Positions 42,253-52,225 of a DNA stretch of 64,000 nucleotides are shown piece by piece (position 1 is the stretch's first letter; each line of letters starts with the position of its first letter). Location of the stretch: positions 300,765 to 364,764 of the forward strand of contig CAWJBG010000001.1 of the NCBI GenBank assembly GCA_963841025.1, in the 5' to 3' direction. A program made the position numbers and the translations under genes. The notes beneath the pieces were generated by a model. It was given only the letters and a program-made list of their open reading frames with translations, was not told the origin of the DNA and made no database searches. Source of the DNA: an uncultured Alphaproteobacteria bacterium (GTDB lineage: Bacteria; Pseudomonadota; Alphaproteobacteria; Rhizobiales; Xanthobacteraceae).

Positions 42253-42935
42253 CTGATCGCGCCGCCGACACGCGGCCGGGTTTCAACGCGCCACCATTGC
42301 GGCCGCGCCGGCGGCCGCGCCGTAAGCCCGCGGAAAGCCGCGAACAGATATTGCGCGCCGCGACGCGGGAATTTGTCACCCATGGCTTTGCCGGCGCGCG
42401 CGTGAACCGCATCGTCAAGAAGGCGGGCAGCAACCCGCGCATGATCTATCATTACTTCGGCAGCAAGTCGCAGCTCTACATCGCGGTGCTTGAGGAAGCG
42501 CTCGGCGGGCTGCGGCACCGCGAGCTTCAGATCGACATCGAACATCTCGATCCGCGCGAAGGGCTGCTGCAGCTGTTCGATTTCATGGCAAACTATTTCG
42601 AGGCCAACCGGCATTTGGTGCGGTTGCTCTCAGCAGAGAATTTGCTCAAGGCTAAATACATGCGCAAATCGGCGCGCATTCCGGAAATGTCGTCGCCAGT
42701 GCTCGACATGATCGAACAATTGATCGCTCGCGGCTCGAAAGCCGGGCAATTACCGCCGGGACTGGACGGGTTGCGGCTTTATGTTCTGATGGTCGCACTC
42801 TCGCAGTTTCATCTGTCGAACGGGCACACTCTCTCGACGATCTTCGGCCGCGATTTGTACGATTCGGCCTGGCGCACAGCACGGGCGGGCGATGCGAGGC
42901 GCATGCTCGGCCAATTCCTGATGCATAAGGCGTAA
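42249..42935 (+). CDS. TetR/AcrR family transcriptional regulator
   Basis: HTH (ILRAATREFVTHGFAGARVNRIVKKAGSNPRMIYHYFGSK). Overlaps the amidase stop. Confidence 0.85.
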   Translation: MTDRAADTRPGFNAPPLRPRRRPRRKPAESREQILRAATREFVTHGFAGARVNRIVKKAGSNPRMIYHYFGSKSQLYIAVLEEALGGLRHRELQIDIEHLDPREGLLQLFDFMANYFEANRHLVRLLSAENLLKAKYMRKSARIPEMSSPVLDMIEQLIARGSKAGQLPPGLDGLRLYVLMVALSQFHLSNGHTLSTIFGRDLYDSAWRTARAGDARRMLGQFLMHKA

Positions 42936-42980
42936 GGCCGCAACTCTTGATGCTGCAGAGGGCGAGACGAGAGCGCGGCG

Positions 42981-43253
42981 CTATCCGGCGAGTCTCAGCC
43001 GATCCACCTTCGGCTCGAAGCGCGCCCGGAAGATCTCCGCATCCAGCGGGTCCTCGAAGCAATAGCGCACGAAGGCTGCGTAATCGTCTTCGACGTACAT
43101 GTCGAACTTGCCCACATAGGTGAGAAGGAAATCGAGAATCTCGTTGTCGTCGGTAAGCTGCTGGCGCGGCAGCACGACCTGGAAGGGGCATTCCTCATCA
43201 AGCTTTCGCAGCCATGCGCTTCGTTTGTCCGCTTTCACCGTCGCCTCCACCAT
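42981..43253 (-). CDS. small hypothetical protein
   Basis: 90-aa ORF with a protein-like, acidic composition. Confidence 0.45.
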   Translation of the reverse strand: MVEATVKADKRSAWLRKLDEECPFQVVLPRQQLTDDNEILDFLLTYVGKFDMYVEDDYAAFVRYCFEDPLDAEIFRARFEPKVDRLRLAG

Positions 43254-43329
43254 CCATCAACCCTTGACTCGGACCGTAGATTGTTCTCTTTTTGTTCTCT
43301 AAAGTCAAGGACAAAATTGGGCGGCTTCG

Positions 43330-43593
43330 ATGGCGGTCGAGACCATAGGCGACGCTCATGCGATGGGCTGGTGCGTCACAGTTCGCTGCAATTACGAGCG
43401 CGGCGACGGCCCGGACTACCGGCGCAATCGCGAGTGCAATTACCGCAGAGATCTGGACATGGAGACCCTGGTCTGGACGCGGGGCAGGGATTTTCCGCTG
43501 TCGCGGCTGGAGAGCCGCCTGCGCTGTCCGCGATGCGGGTCGCGCAATGTGGTGGTGCTCTACCATCCGCCGCGCCGTACCATCGCGCGCTAG
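43330..43593 (+). CDS. small hypothetical Cys-rich (zinc-ribbon-like) protein
   Basis: 87-aa ORF with C..C and CPRC pairs. Confidence 0.4.
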   Translation: MAVETIGDAHAMGWCVTVRCNYERGDGPDYRRNRECNYRRDLDMETLVWTRGRDFPLSRLESRLRCPRCGSRNVVVLYHPPRRTIAR

Positions 43594-43619
43594 GCGGGCG
43601 AACGAGATCGGCCGGATTG

Positions 43620-45722
43620 TCACGCCGCGGCAACGGGCAGGGTGAATTGCAATACCGCGCCCTTTGGAGCAGCCGTCGTGGCCCATAATTTCCCGCCGTG
43701 CGCCTCTATGATGGCGCGACAGATGGACAGGCCCATTCCCAGCCCGTCAGGTTTTGTGGTGTAGAACGCTTCGAATATGCGTTCGAGATTTTCCGGATCG
43801 ACGCCTGGGCCGGTGTCTTGCACCGCAACTGAAACATTATCGGGTTCCACCTTGGCGGTCGTGATAACCAGTTGCTTTCGACGATCATCGACCGTGCTCA
43901 TGGCGTCCAGGCCGTTTTGAATAAGGTTCAGGAGCACCTGCTGCAGCTGGATGCGATCGCCTTTGACTGGCGGAAGGTCATTTGCAAAGTCCGATCGAAC
44001 GATGACGGCGTTGCCTTGAAATTCTCTGTACGACAATGAGATTATTTCAGTTGAAGCCTCGTTCAGGTTGACAAGCTGATTAGACGTTTCCCGCTTGGCG
44101 AATAGCGTGCGTAATCGCGTGATGATGTCGGCGGCGCGATTGGCGTCGCGGATTGCTCGCTTTGCGGTTTCCAAGGCGCCGGCGATGTTGGGTGGATCGG
44201 CGGCCAGCATCCGCGCACACGTGCTTGCATTGGTCACAATGCCTGAGAGCGGTTGATTAACCTCATGCGCGATTGACGCTGACAACTGACCGATGGTCGC
44301 CACGCGGTTTAGCTTTGCCAGCTCGAGCTGTACGTCGTGATAACGCCGTTCGCTATCGCGAAGCGCCCGTTCAGCCGCTTTGCGCTTGGTGATGTCGGTG
44401 AGGGCCAGAAAATTCCGGCTGACGTCCGGTCTCGCGACCGTCAAGACGACGTCGATGGCACGGCCATCGAGAGTCTCGACCTTTATTTCGTGCTGAAACA
44501 GCTTGTCACCCCGGAACCGGCTGACCGTGCCGGCGCGAAGCCCGCCCGCGCTCATGGAAAGCAGCCGGGCAGTGGACATCCCGATCAGGTCCTTGGCTTC
44601 GCGGGCGCCAAGCATTTCGACCGTCTGCGGATTGACGTCTTTGATAATGCTGGCGTCGATAGCGCGCTGCTCGAAATCCGGATTTGCATTCAAGTAAGCT
44701 TCCACATCGGTCACGCCTTGGCGATGCAAGTCATCGAGCATTTCGGTTCGTTTTCGCGCATCAATTTCCAGCAATCCTACCGGGGTGTAGTTGAATAGCT
44801 CACGATACCGCTGCTCGTTGATGCGCAGCTCGGTTTCAGCGCGCTTGCGATCCTCGATGTCGTCGTTCGTTCCGTGCCACCCGACCAAAACATCGTTCTC
44901 ATCGTAAACCGGCTGCGCCCGGAACAGGAACCATCGATATGTCCCGTCAAAGCGCCGAAGGCGTGCCTCAGCCTCATTGGTTTTGGGATCAGTCAACAGT
45001 GCCCGCCACGCAGCAGCAAGCCGATCCCGGTCGTCGGGATGAACCGCGTTCATCCACTGCCAACCCGACGCCTGCCGCAAAGTGAAGCCGGTGTAGTCCA
45101 GCCAGCGCTGGTTGAGATATTCCCGAAAGCCATCGGCTCGCGCTCGCCAGGCCAGCGTCGGAATCGAATCGAGTGTTTCCTGCAAGCGCATGGCATCGGC
45201 CGACTTCGCCTTGCTTTGCTGTGCAAATTCAGCGGCCTTGAGCTCTTCGATGTCGGTGTTCATTCCGTACCAGGCGACGACAGCTCCGGAATCGTTGCGG
45301 GCGGGCACCGCGCGGATAAGAAACCAGCGGTACACGCCGTCACGGCGTCGCATCCGCGCTTCGGCTTCGCCGGGTTGCCCGGATTCCAGCGCTTTTTGCC
45401 AAATGTCACGCAGCCCGGGGGAATCGTCGGCGTGAATGAGCGCCAGCCATTGCCAGCCCAGCGCTTGTTTCAACGATGCGCCGGTGTAGTCGAGCCAACG
45501 CCTGTTGAGATATTCGGTGAAGCCGTCTGCCCGTGCGCGCCAGGCGAGAGCCGGAATCAAGTCAAGCGTAGCCTGAAATTCTCGCGCAATGCTCGATGCA
45601 CCGGCCGCAAGAGACTTGCGGCGGACACGCGTCGTTTTCGGACGCGGCCGGCGCTTCGGCACGGCTGCTCTTTGGCGCCGCTTTTTTTTGGTCTGAGTGC
45701 CTCGCTTTGGCGGCCTTTGCAT
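43620..45722 (-). CDS. multi-PAS sensor histidine kinase
   Basis: Repeated PAS blocks (AWRARADGF.EYLN.RWLDYTG), H-box (SASIAHEVNQPLSG) and HATPase_c (DTGPGV, GLGMGLSI). No adjacent response regulator. Confidence 0.85.
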   Translation of the reverse strand: MQRPPKRGTQTKKKRRQRAAVPKRRPRPKTTRVRRKSLAAGASSIAREFQATLDLIPALAWRARADGFTEYLNRRWLDYTGASLKQALGWQWLALIHADDSPGLRDIWQKALESGQPGEAEARMRRRDGVYRWFLIRAVPARNDSGAVVAWYGMNTDIEELKAAEFAQQSKAKSADAMRLQETLDSIPTLAWRARADGFREYLNQRWLDYTGFTLRQASGWQWMNAVHPDDRDRLAAAWRALLTDPKTNEAEARLRRFDGTYRWFLFRAQPVYDENDVLVGWHGTNDDIEDRKRAETELRINEQRYRELFNYTPVGLLEIDARKRTEMLDDLHRQGVTDVEAYLNANPDFEQRAIDASIIKDVNPQTVEMLGAREAKDLIGMSTARLLSMSAGGLRAGTVSRFRGDKLFQHEIKVETLDGRAIDVVLTVARPDVSRNFLALTDITKRKAAERALRDSERRYHDVQLELAKLNRVATIGQLSASIAHEVNQPLSGIVTNASTCARMLAADPPNIAGALETAKRAIRDANRAADIITRLRTLFAKRETSNQLVNLNEASTEIISLSYREFQGNAVIVRSDFANDLPPVKGDRIQLQQVLLNLIQNGLDAMSTVDDRRKQLVITTAKVEPDNVSVAVQDTGPGVDPENLERIFEAFYTTKPDGLGMGLSICRAIIEAHGGKLWATTAAPKGAVLQFTLPVAAA

Positions 45723-46013
45723 CTTGACACCTGAGCGGGAAGTGCCTCGCGGCGGGTGATGTTCGCAAAGGTGGAACTTCGGACGGCGCGATTGAAAACC
45801 AGAGAGATCCTGGCCTCAGCCGGTCTCAAAAATGGTTTAGCCGTCATCGGCTATCGAATATTGGGCGCCTTTTCAAGACGACAAATCGGCCTATTCGGGT
45901 CAAGAATGCTTTTCCGGTAATACATCGGGCCTGTCGCCGACAGCGCCCAAAGCGCTCATAGCAAGAGTGACTGGAGACGGGCGCTTCGGAGACAACTTGG
46001 AGACGTCGCGGCC

Positions 46014-46784
46014 ATGGCCGATAACGCTTTGCAAAAAAGTTCACCCGCTTTTCGCCTTCCCGCGCTCGATCCAGATTTTCTGCTGGGCAACTCGATGCGC
46101 GGTGTGCGCTTGCAGCTCGAATACGCCAAGGCGGAGGAACGCCTGCGCGCCTGGACCGTTCGCTCGACCGTCGTGGTGTTTGGCAGCGCACGCGCGCGTC
46201 CCGACAATCAGTTGGCACGATGGTATGAAGATGCGCGCCGCTTTGGCCGAATCGTATCGGAACGCGGCGGCGCGCTGATTTCCGATCATGGCATTCGCGA
46301 CAACGTCATCGCGACGGGCGGCGGACCCGGCATCATGGAAGCGGCCAATCGCGGCGCCGCTGACGCCGGCGCGCCGTCGATAGGATTTAATATCGGGCTG
46401 CCGCGCGAACAGGAACCTAATGCCTATTCGACGCCCGATCTCACCTTTCAGTTTCACTATTTCGCCATACGCAAGCTGCACTTCGCGATGCGCGCCAATG
46501 CATTGGTGGCTTACCCAGGTGGTTTCGGGACGCTCGATGAGCTGTTCGAGCTGCTCACTTTGATGCAGACCCACAAGATGCCGCCCGTCATCGTCGTCCT
46601 TATCGACAAATCCTATTGGACGCGTGTCATAAACTTCGAGATGCTTGCCGCGGAGGGCATGATCGATCGTGCCGATCTCAATCTATTCTCGTTTGCTGAC
46701 GACGCCGAACAGGCCTGGCAGGAGATCGTCAAGCGGGGATTGAAAATTGGACCGCGGCCACCGGGCTATCCGTCAGCATTTTAA
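46014..46784 (+). CDS. LOG family (TIGR00730-type) nucleotide phosphoribohydrolase-like protein
   Basis: GGGPGIMEAANRGA and PGGFGTLDELFE motifs. Confidence 0.8.
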   Translation: MADNALQKSSPAFRLPALDPDFLLGNSMRGVRLQLEYAKAEERLRAWTVRSTVVVFGSARARPDNQLARWYEDARRFGRIVSERGGALISDHGIRDNVIATGGGPGIMEAANRGAADAGAPSIGFNIGLPREQEPNAYSTPDLTFQFHYFAIRKLHFAMRANALVAYPGGFGTLDELFELLTLMQTHKMPPVIVVLIDKSYWTRVINFEMLAAEGMIDRADLNLFSFADDAEQAWQEIVKRGLKIGPRPPGYPSAF

Positions 46785-46823
46785 TACGCGACAAAAAAGA
46801 TGCGTGGCAGAGGAACGCTTTGA

Positions 46824-47972
46824 ATGCTGATGGAAACCGTTGCTGCGGCCGGCGGGGATATAGAACTTATGTTTCTCCGCCAGAGGGGAGACGATCCTTT
46901 TGTTGCAACGACCGAACGAACGGCGCAAACCGTCGAAGTTGCCACCAGAATTGCACGTTTCATCAGCGAAGCCCGCAATACCCTCGACATCGCGATCTAC
47001 GATTTCCGGCTCCACGACGAAGCCGCTGCAATCATTACGGACGCGCTGCGGGAGCGGACAAAGAATAATGTCGTCATCCGCATCATTTACGATGCGACCA
47101 CCGAGCCGGACAGTGACGTTGTGCCCGCCGCTTCACCCGCGCATCTCGAAGCGGACAAGAAGGCGCCCGGCACGGAGACCTTCGTGCGCTCGTTCGCAGA
47201 CATCGCGCAGATAAAAGGCATCACCGGCTATCGGGTGTTGATGCACAGCAAATATTTGATACGGGATGGCGATACAGACGAAGCCGCGGTCTTCCTTGGC
47301 TCGGCGAACTATACCAATGACTCCTGGGGATTGCAGGAGAACAATCTTTTGCAGTTACGTTCGCGCCCGCTGGCGGCGTATTTCTCCAGGAATTTTGCCG
47401 ATCTTCTCGCGGCGGGAAAGATTGCCGAGAGACCCGCCGTCCGTGACGTCGATGTCGTTCGTGTCGCCGACGTACCGGTGACGGTGGCTTTTGCGCCGGC
47501 ACAGAGCCCCGCAATCATCAAGGAGATTGTCGGCGCAATCACCGCCGCGCGGCAGCGACTGCTGGTGGCGTCGGTGGTGCTGTCGTCGGGGCCGATCCTT
47601 GCCGCGTTGTCGGAAGCCATCGACCGCGGCATGCTGCGTCTGGGTATTTACGATGGCCCACAAATGGATCAGGTGAGACGGCAATGGCAGGCCGCGAACG
47701 TCGGCGCCGACAAGATCAATACCTGGGACAAAGTTGCCGGCCATCTCGTGCGCAAGAATTCGCTGCCCTACGATCGTAACAAACCGCACCAGCCGCACAA
47801 CTTCATGCACAACAAGCTTGTTATTGCGGACGACGTCGTGGTGACGGGAAGCTTTAACCTCTCGAACCACGCGATGGCCAACGCGGAAAATGTGCTGCTC
47901 ATTCACGACTCGAACATTGCGTCGCAGTACGAAGCTTATGTCCTGGAGCTGATGGCGAAATACGGTGGGTGA
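46824..47972 (+). CDS. phospholipase D-family protein (two HKD motifs)
   Basis: HSKYLIRDG and HNKLVIADD..GSFNLS. Confidence 0.8.
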   Translation: MLMETVAAAGGDIELMFLRQRGDDPFVATTERTAQTVEVATRIARFISEARNTLDIAIYDFRLHDEAAAIITDALRERTKNNVVIRIIYDATTEPDSDVVPAASPAHLEADKKAPGTETFVRSFADIAQIKGITGYRVLMHSKYLIRDGDTDEAAVFLGSANYTNDSWGLQENNLLQLRSRPLAAYFSRNFADLLAAGKIAERPAVRDVDVVRVADVPVTVAFAPAQSPAIIKEIVGAITAARQRLLVASVVLSSGPILAALSEAIDRGMLRLGIYDGPQMDQVRRQWQAANVGADKINTWDKVAGHLVRKNSLPYDRNKPHQPHNFMHNKLVIADDVVVTGSFNLSNHAMANAENVLLIHDSNIASQYEAYVLELMAKYGG

Positions 47973-48407
47973 GAGCTGTGGCCGCCATGGGTCAAACTCT
48001 GCCGAATTGCGATGTCCGCGTTTAAGTCCGTTCACCGCCGGACGACGGACATGCGACCAATGCGTTGGAACGACAGAAATGTGCCACAAGCCGACGTGAC
48101 TGCAGGCGGCTACTCCGGTTGGCCTCATCACCCGTGCGGGTGAACCAGCAGCGGCTGCATCGGCTCGGTCTGTCCCGCGCTGATCAGAAGGTTGTCGTGA
48201 GCTTCGGCGTCGAAATGGCGATGTAGTTGGCGAGAAGCCCGAGTTTGGCGCTGTGGCCGACGTGGTCGTAATGAGGCCCGCCTGAGTTAACCGCCGGATC
48301 GGCGATCTCGACGCTGTCGCCAGCGCCCGATACGAACTTGAAGTCCGATGTGACGTAGGTTCCGGCAATGGTGATCCCGGCCGCCTCAGTCCGCGGAACG
48401 CGGACTG

Positions 48408-49010
48408 TCAGTGCGATCCGACAAGGGGGAGCGTGAGTTCAGTATCGTGGTGTATTGGAGCGCCGGTAATCGTCCCCCCGCCGTGGCCATTACTCCCCGA
48501 GACGAAATTAGCAGCGATGTGCTGCCTTAGCAGCGGCTCCTGGGGGGGGCCGCTTAAGAACTCGATATTCGCTTTTATGTAACCGCCGCCGGCCGGTATC
48601 GTGCTCCCTACCAAATCAAACCCAAACCCGATCCGACCATCAGTGAGCGGATTGTAAGTTACATCGCTGTTAGAAAACCCGAGTAGATTCGATCTAACGT
48701 TGACACCGTGGTTTGGCATGTTCGGTGGCGTGACCCAACTGACGTCGAAGAAATCATAGAGACCGGCGCCGCCGGTAAGCAATCTCCCGGGTTGAGGCTC
48801 CGATGATGGAAACTCGACCAAAACTTGTTTGTTTCGGATCTCGACGTTCGCGGTGATTGAACCTTCTTGTGTGTAAAATTCGACATTGCGAAAGGTGACT
48901 ACACCTCTCCGCACTGTCGCGGTATCGGTGAACTCCTGAGCAGGAACGCCGCCCTGTTTGCCGTAATAGCTATCAATTGTAACCTCGTGGCCGGCTAAAC
49001 CTTCCGACAT
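48408..49010 (-). CDS. hypothetical protein in AT-richer segment (possibly continues to ~48186 after a frame break)
   Basis: 200-aa ORF from the ATG at 49010, after GAGGGG. Directly after its TGA, another frame stays open for 75 codons (LTVRVPRTEAAGITIAGTYV..GLLANYIAISTPKLTTTF). Confidence 0.45.
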   Translation of the reverse strand: MSEGLAGHEVTIDSYYGKQGGVPAQEFTDTATVRRGVVTFRNVEFYTQEGSITANVEIRNKQVLVEFPSSEPQPGRLLTGGAGLYDFFDVSWVTPPNMPNHGVNVRSNLLGFSNSDVTYNPLTDGRIGFGFDLVGSTIPAGGGYIKANIEFLSGPPQEPLLRQHIAANFVSGSNGHGGGTITGAPIHHDTELTLPLVGSH

Positions 49011-49130
49011 CGATCGACCCCTCTTAAACGCCCCACATTTCAAAAAAGTACCCACAAGACGGGCTAAAGTGAACGTCGATCCGGCGTGATTATCTTACCT
49101 TGGTGAACGAGGGTGAGCGGCCGCCTCAGT

Positions 49131-49188
49131 ATCTCTCGCAGATTAACCCTCAGGGCGACATCTCTGGCAGATTAACCCTCAGGGCGAC
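49131..49188. repeat. 29-bp tandem direct repeat x2 (ATCTCT[C/G]GCAGATTAACCCTCAGGGCGAC)
   Basis: Read directly. There is one mismatch between the units, and the repeat lies in a noncoding-looking AT-richer stretch. Confidence 0.85.
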
Positions 49189-49754
49189 GCCGGCCAAGTT
49201 TCTCGGCAGGGTGTACGCCGGCGACCCAAAGGCTGCGCTAGAGCGAGTAGTCGTTGAATTGCAAATCCGGCCGGAAGATCAAAAGCGCCTCTTCATTACC
49301 TCTTCCCCGGAGCTTTCGGGTCATCGTTTTTACCAATCTAACACTCGGCCAGCGTTTCAAAAGTCTGCAAATTGCTCCACTGGCCATGTCGGTTCTGGGT
49401 CCAAAAACTGACGTCGACCCGCGTCAGTGTCACGTCTGCGCTTTCCCGCAAAGCAGACATCAGCGATCGGAAGTCATAGGTCCGTTAAGTGCCGAAAGGC
49501 GACATAGCGACTGAGCCTGCTTGTGACTCCCCGCACCGCTTACCTCACGATCACGGTGAATTTAGACAAGCTCCGCAGATCGGACCGGGTAGCGTCTTGT
49601 CAGTGCAACAATTCTCGCACAGATTGGACGGTGAAGCCCAAAAAAAGCGGGAACCATACCCGCGCCGGGTCGTTTGTTGGCTGGTCTTGTGAAAATCTTG
49701 CAGGAGTTCGGCGTACGTGAACCGAAAGCCCAAGCGCATCGAACCGGAGCAGAC

Positions 49755-51336
49755 GTGACACATCGGTTCACAACAGCGCGTTCAACTGAAGCGATCCGGT
49801 GGTGGAAGGCTCCAGCGATTGTCTCGCTTGCCGCCGCCGCGCTGACGACCCTGATCCTGGTTACGCCAGCATTGGCCGCGGGGGTTCGGGAGCGCGCCGA
49901 GCACAGCCGCGAGACGACCGCCCGGCGCGATGCGGGTGAACCGGTCATGGCGATCGTGTCGCTCAAGCGGCAGCAGGTGAGCATCTACGACGCCGACGGC
50001 TGGATCATGCGCGCGCCGGTATCGAGCGGCACAACGGGACGCGAGACCCCGGCCGGAAGTCTTCAGCGTCGTCGAGAAGGACAAGGACCACCACTCAAGC
50101 CTCTACGACGATGCCGCGATGCCGAACATGGAGCGCATCACCTGGTCGGGTATTGCACTACACGGCGGGCCGCTGCCCGGATATGCGGCTTCGCACGGCT
50201 GCGTGCGGATGCCCTATGGGTTCGCTGAGACGTTGTTCGACAAGACGCGGATCGGCATGCGCGTCATCATTGCGCCGAACGATGCGGAACCGGTCGCATT
50301 TTCCGACCCGGCGCTGTTGGTCCCGAATGCGAAGGCTCTGGCGGATGCGCCGGGGCGCGCCGAGATGCTTGCCGCCGAAGCGGCCGATGCCGAAAAGGCC
50401 GCCGCCGACGCCAAGAGGGACGCTGCAAAGGCGGTGCGCGAGTCGGCGGCATCGGCATTGCTGGTACGCCAGCTGGAGTGGCAAAAGGGCAACGCCGATG
50501 GCCAGGCAGCGTATGCGGGCAGGGTGCTTGCTCTCGCCAAAACCGACCAGGCCAAGGCGCAGGCCGAGGACACCAAGCAGAAGGTCACCGCCAAGGCCGC
50601 GGATCTTACAGCGAAGCTCGCCGCCGCCCGGGCCGACGCAAAGAGCAAGCTCGATGCGGCCAAGGCGGCACAGGCCGCTGCCATGGCGGCGAAGGCCAAG
50701 ACGGCCGACTCCGCAAAAGCGGCCCGCGAGGCAAAGCTCGCACTCGAACCGGTCTCGATCTTCATCAGTCGCGCGACGCAGAAGCTTTACGTGCGGCGCG
50801 ACACCCATGCCCGGCTGCCGGATGGCGGCGAGATGTTTGACACAACGCTTGTGGTCCCGGTGACGATCCGCAATCCCGGCTCACCCATCGGCACGCATGT
50901 GTTCACGGCCGTGGCGCGGACCGATGCGGAGCTACGCTGGACCGCGGTCACGATCGACAACGGCGACGACGCCAAGGACGCGCTCCACCGCGTGACCATC
51001 CCACAGGACGTGCTCGACCGCGTCGGCCCGACTGCTTTGCCCCTATCCTCGATTGTTATCTCGGACGAACCGCTCAACCGCGAGACCAATTATCGCACCG
51101 AGTTTGTCGTGGTGCTCAATAACCAACCACAAGGCGGCCTTGCGATGCGCGAGCGCCCGGATGATGAGCGTGTCGCTGACCGTAATACATTTCCGGGTGC
51201 GCCTTTAGCGCCGCCGCCCGGCAGCTTTTTCGGCTTCGGTCGTTTGGTCAGTCCGGACTCTCCCGCATCCCAGAACACCGGGCAGAATTACTATCCGCAG
51301 AACCCCGGTCAGAACTCCTATTCGCGGAAATGGTAA
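49755..51336 (+). pseudogene. L,D-transpeptidase (YkuD) family protein with Ala/Lys-rich linker, frame broken near 50055-50060
   Basis: ORF 49674..50228 is sensible until ..SSGTTGRETPAG. The frame of ORF 50119..51336 continues VFSVVEKDKDHHSSLYDDAAMPNMERITWSGIALHGG..SHGCVRM (catalytic H/C). Removing one A of GGAAGTC restores it. The GTG 49755 start is tentative. Confidence 0.7.
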
Positions 51337-51903
51337 GAACGTTGCCGTCGCGTCACTATTTTCTTGACATAATGTCTCCGAATATGTAACAAGGCAATCG
51401 CCTTGCTCACGTGAAGGGCGTCGACCGGTGACGTTACCGACGGCGGAGCAGGGTGCGGCTCCTCCGCGCGGATTCGTAACCCGCGCCGGGGCGGCCTGGG
51501 CATCGTTTCCGCCGGCATTACGACCGGCGCGCGGGGTGCCCCGCTTAAGCGCGATTGACGACGCGGGTAACGCCGGCGCTTTGTTGATCGCGTGAAGCAC
51601 GGCCTGGGCTGAGTCGAGGCGTTCGCTCGCTGCGACAAGCGCCGCCGTGGAGCGCCGGAAGGCGAGCGCGTCCCGCCGGACGCGCTTCCGCGCCGGGCGC
51701 CGGCATGTGGCAACATATGTTGGTGCTGCGCGGACACCAAACGATGCGCCTTTCGGCGCTCCGCCCCTTCGTTTTAAGGGCCGTTGGCTTCGTGGCTTGG
51801 TGAAACGCAACTCGGACGCTCAATGCGCCGCGAGAATAATTTCGTTTGGGCGCACGGCGGAGAGTGAGGGCCCGGCGTCTGTCCGCGCCGCACGAGCTAT
51901 CAG

Positions 51904-52182
51904 CTATTCCACGTCGAGCGGCTCGGTGCCGGTCGGGTTTCCGGCGGCGTCGAGCGTGATCTTCTGCACGCGGGCTTCCGCCTGCCGTAACAGGTCTTCG
52001 CAGCGGCGCTTGAGCGCTTCGCCGCGCTCGTAGATGGTCACGGACTCTTCCAACGGCACGCGGCCATCTTCCAGACGTTTGACGATCAACTCGAGTTCCT
52101 CGATCGCACGCTCGAACGTGAGTTGTCCGACATCGCCGTTGCTTTGGTCGGTTGCGTTGTTCTGATTGTTTGGCGGCGCCAT
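51904..52182 (-). CDS. xseB: exodeoxyribonuclease VII small subunit
   Basis: [32 protein letters not shown]. Confidence 0.9.
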   Translation of the reverse strand: MAPPNNQNNATDQSNGDVGQLTFERAIEELELIVKRLEDGRVPLEESVTIYERGEALKRRCEDLLRQAEARVQKITLDAAGNPTGTEPLDVE

Positions 52183-52225
52183 TGCCGGCTCCCAGAAAAT
52201 GATCTTGCTATATAGACCGGCCGTC

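Noticed and set aside
47995-48110. Short degenerate segments at 47995..48110 and ~49385..49510 that resemble the 'MSALGQK..'-type intergenic repeat elements of rhizobia and might flank the AT-rich patch.
   Set aside because: The similarity is from memory only, and the two copies do not align convincingly by eye. A genome-wide repeat search is needed before calling it.
49131-49188. CRISPR array.
   Set aside because: There are only two directly abutting units, with no spacers and no cas genes. It is a tandem duplication, not a CRISPR.
49100-49411. 103-aa ORF covering the 29-bp repeat as a real gene.
   Set aside because: Its N-terminal third is encoded by the tandem repeat itself. It has a TTG-type start and no RBS, and only a short stretch (FLGRVYAGDPKAALERVVVELQIRPEDQKRL) looks protein-like. 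The evidence is insufficient.
51337-51903. RNase P RNA, two-piece tmRNA, SRP RNA or 6S RNA as the identity of the long GC-rich gap.
   Set aside because: None of the motifs I know is present on either strand: GGAAAGTCCGG (RNase P P4), a tRNA-like GGTTCGA T-loop with an ANDN.. tag reading frame (tmRNA), or the SRP GGAA tetraloop context. The region is kept only as an unexplained finding.
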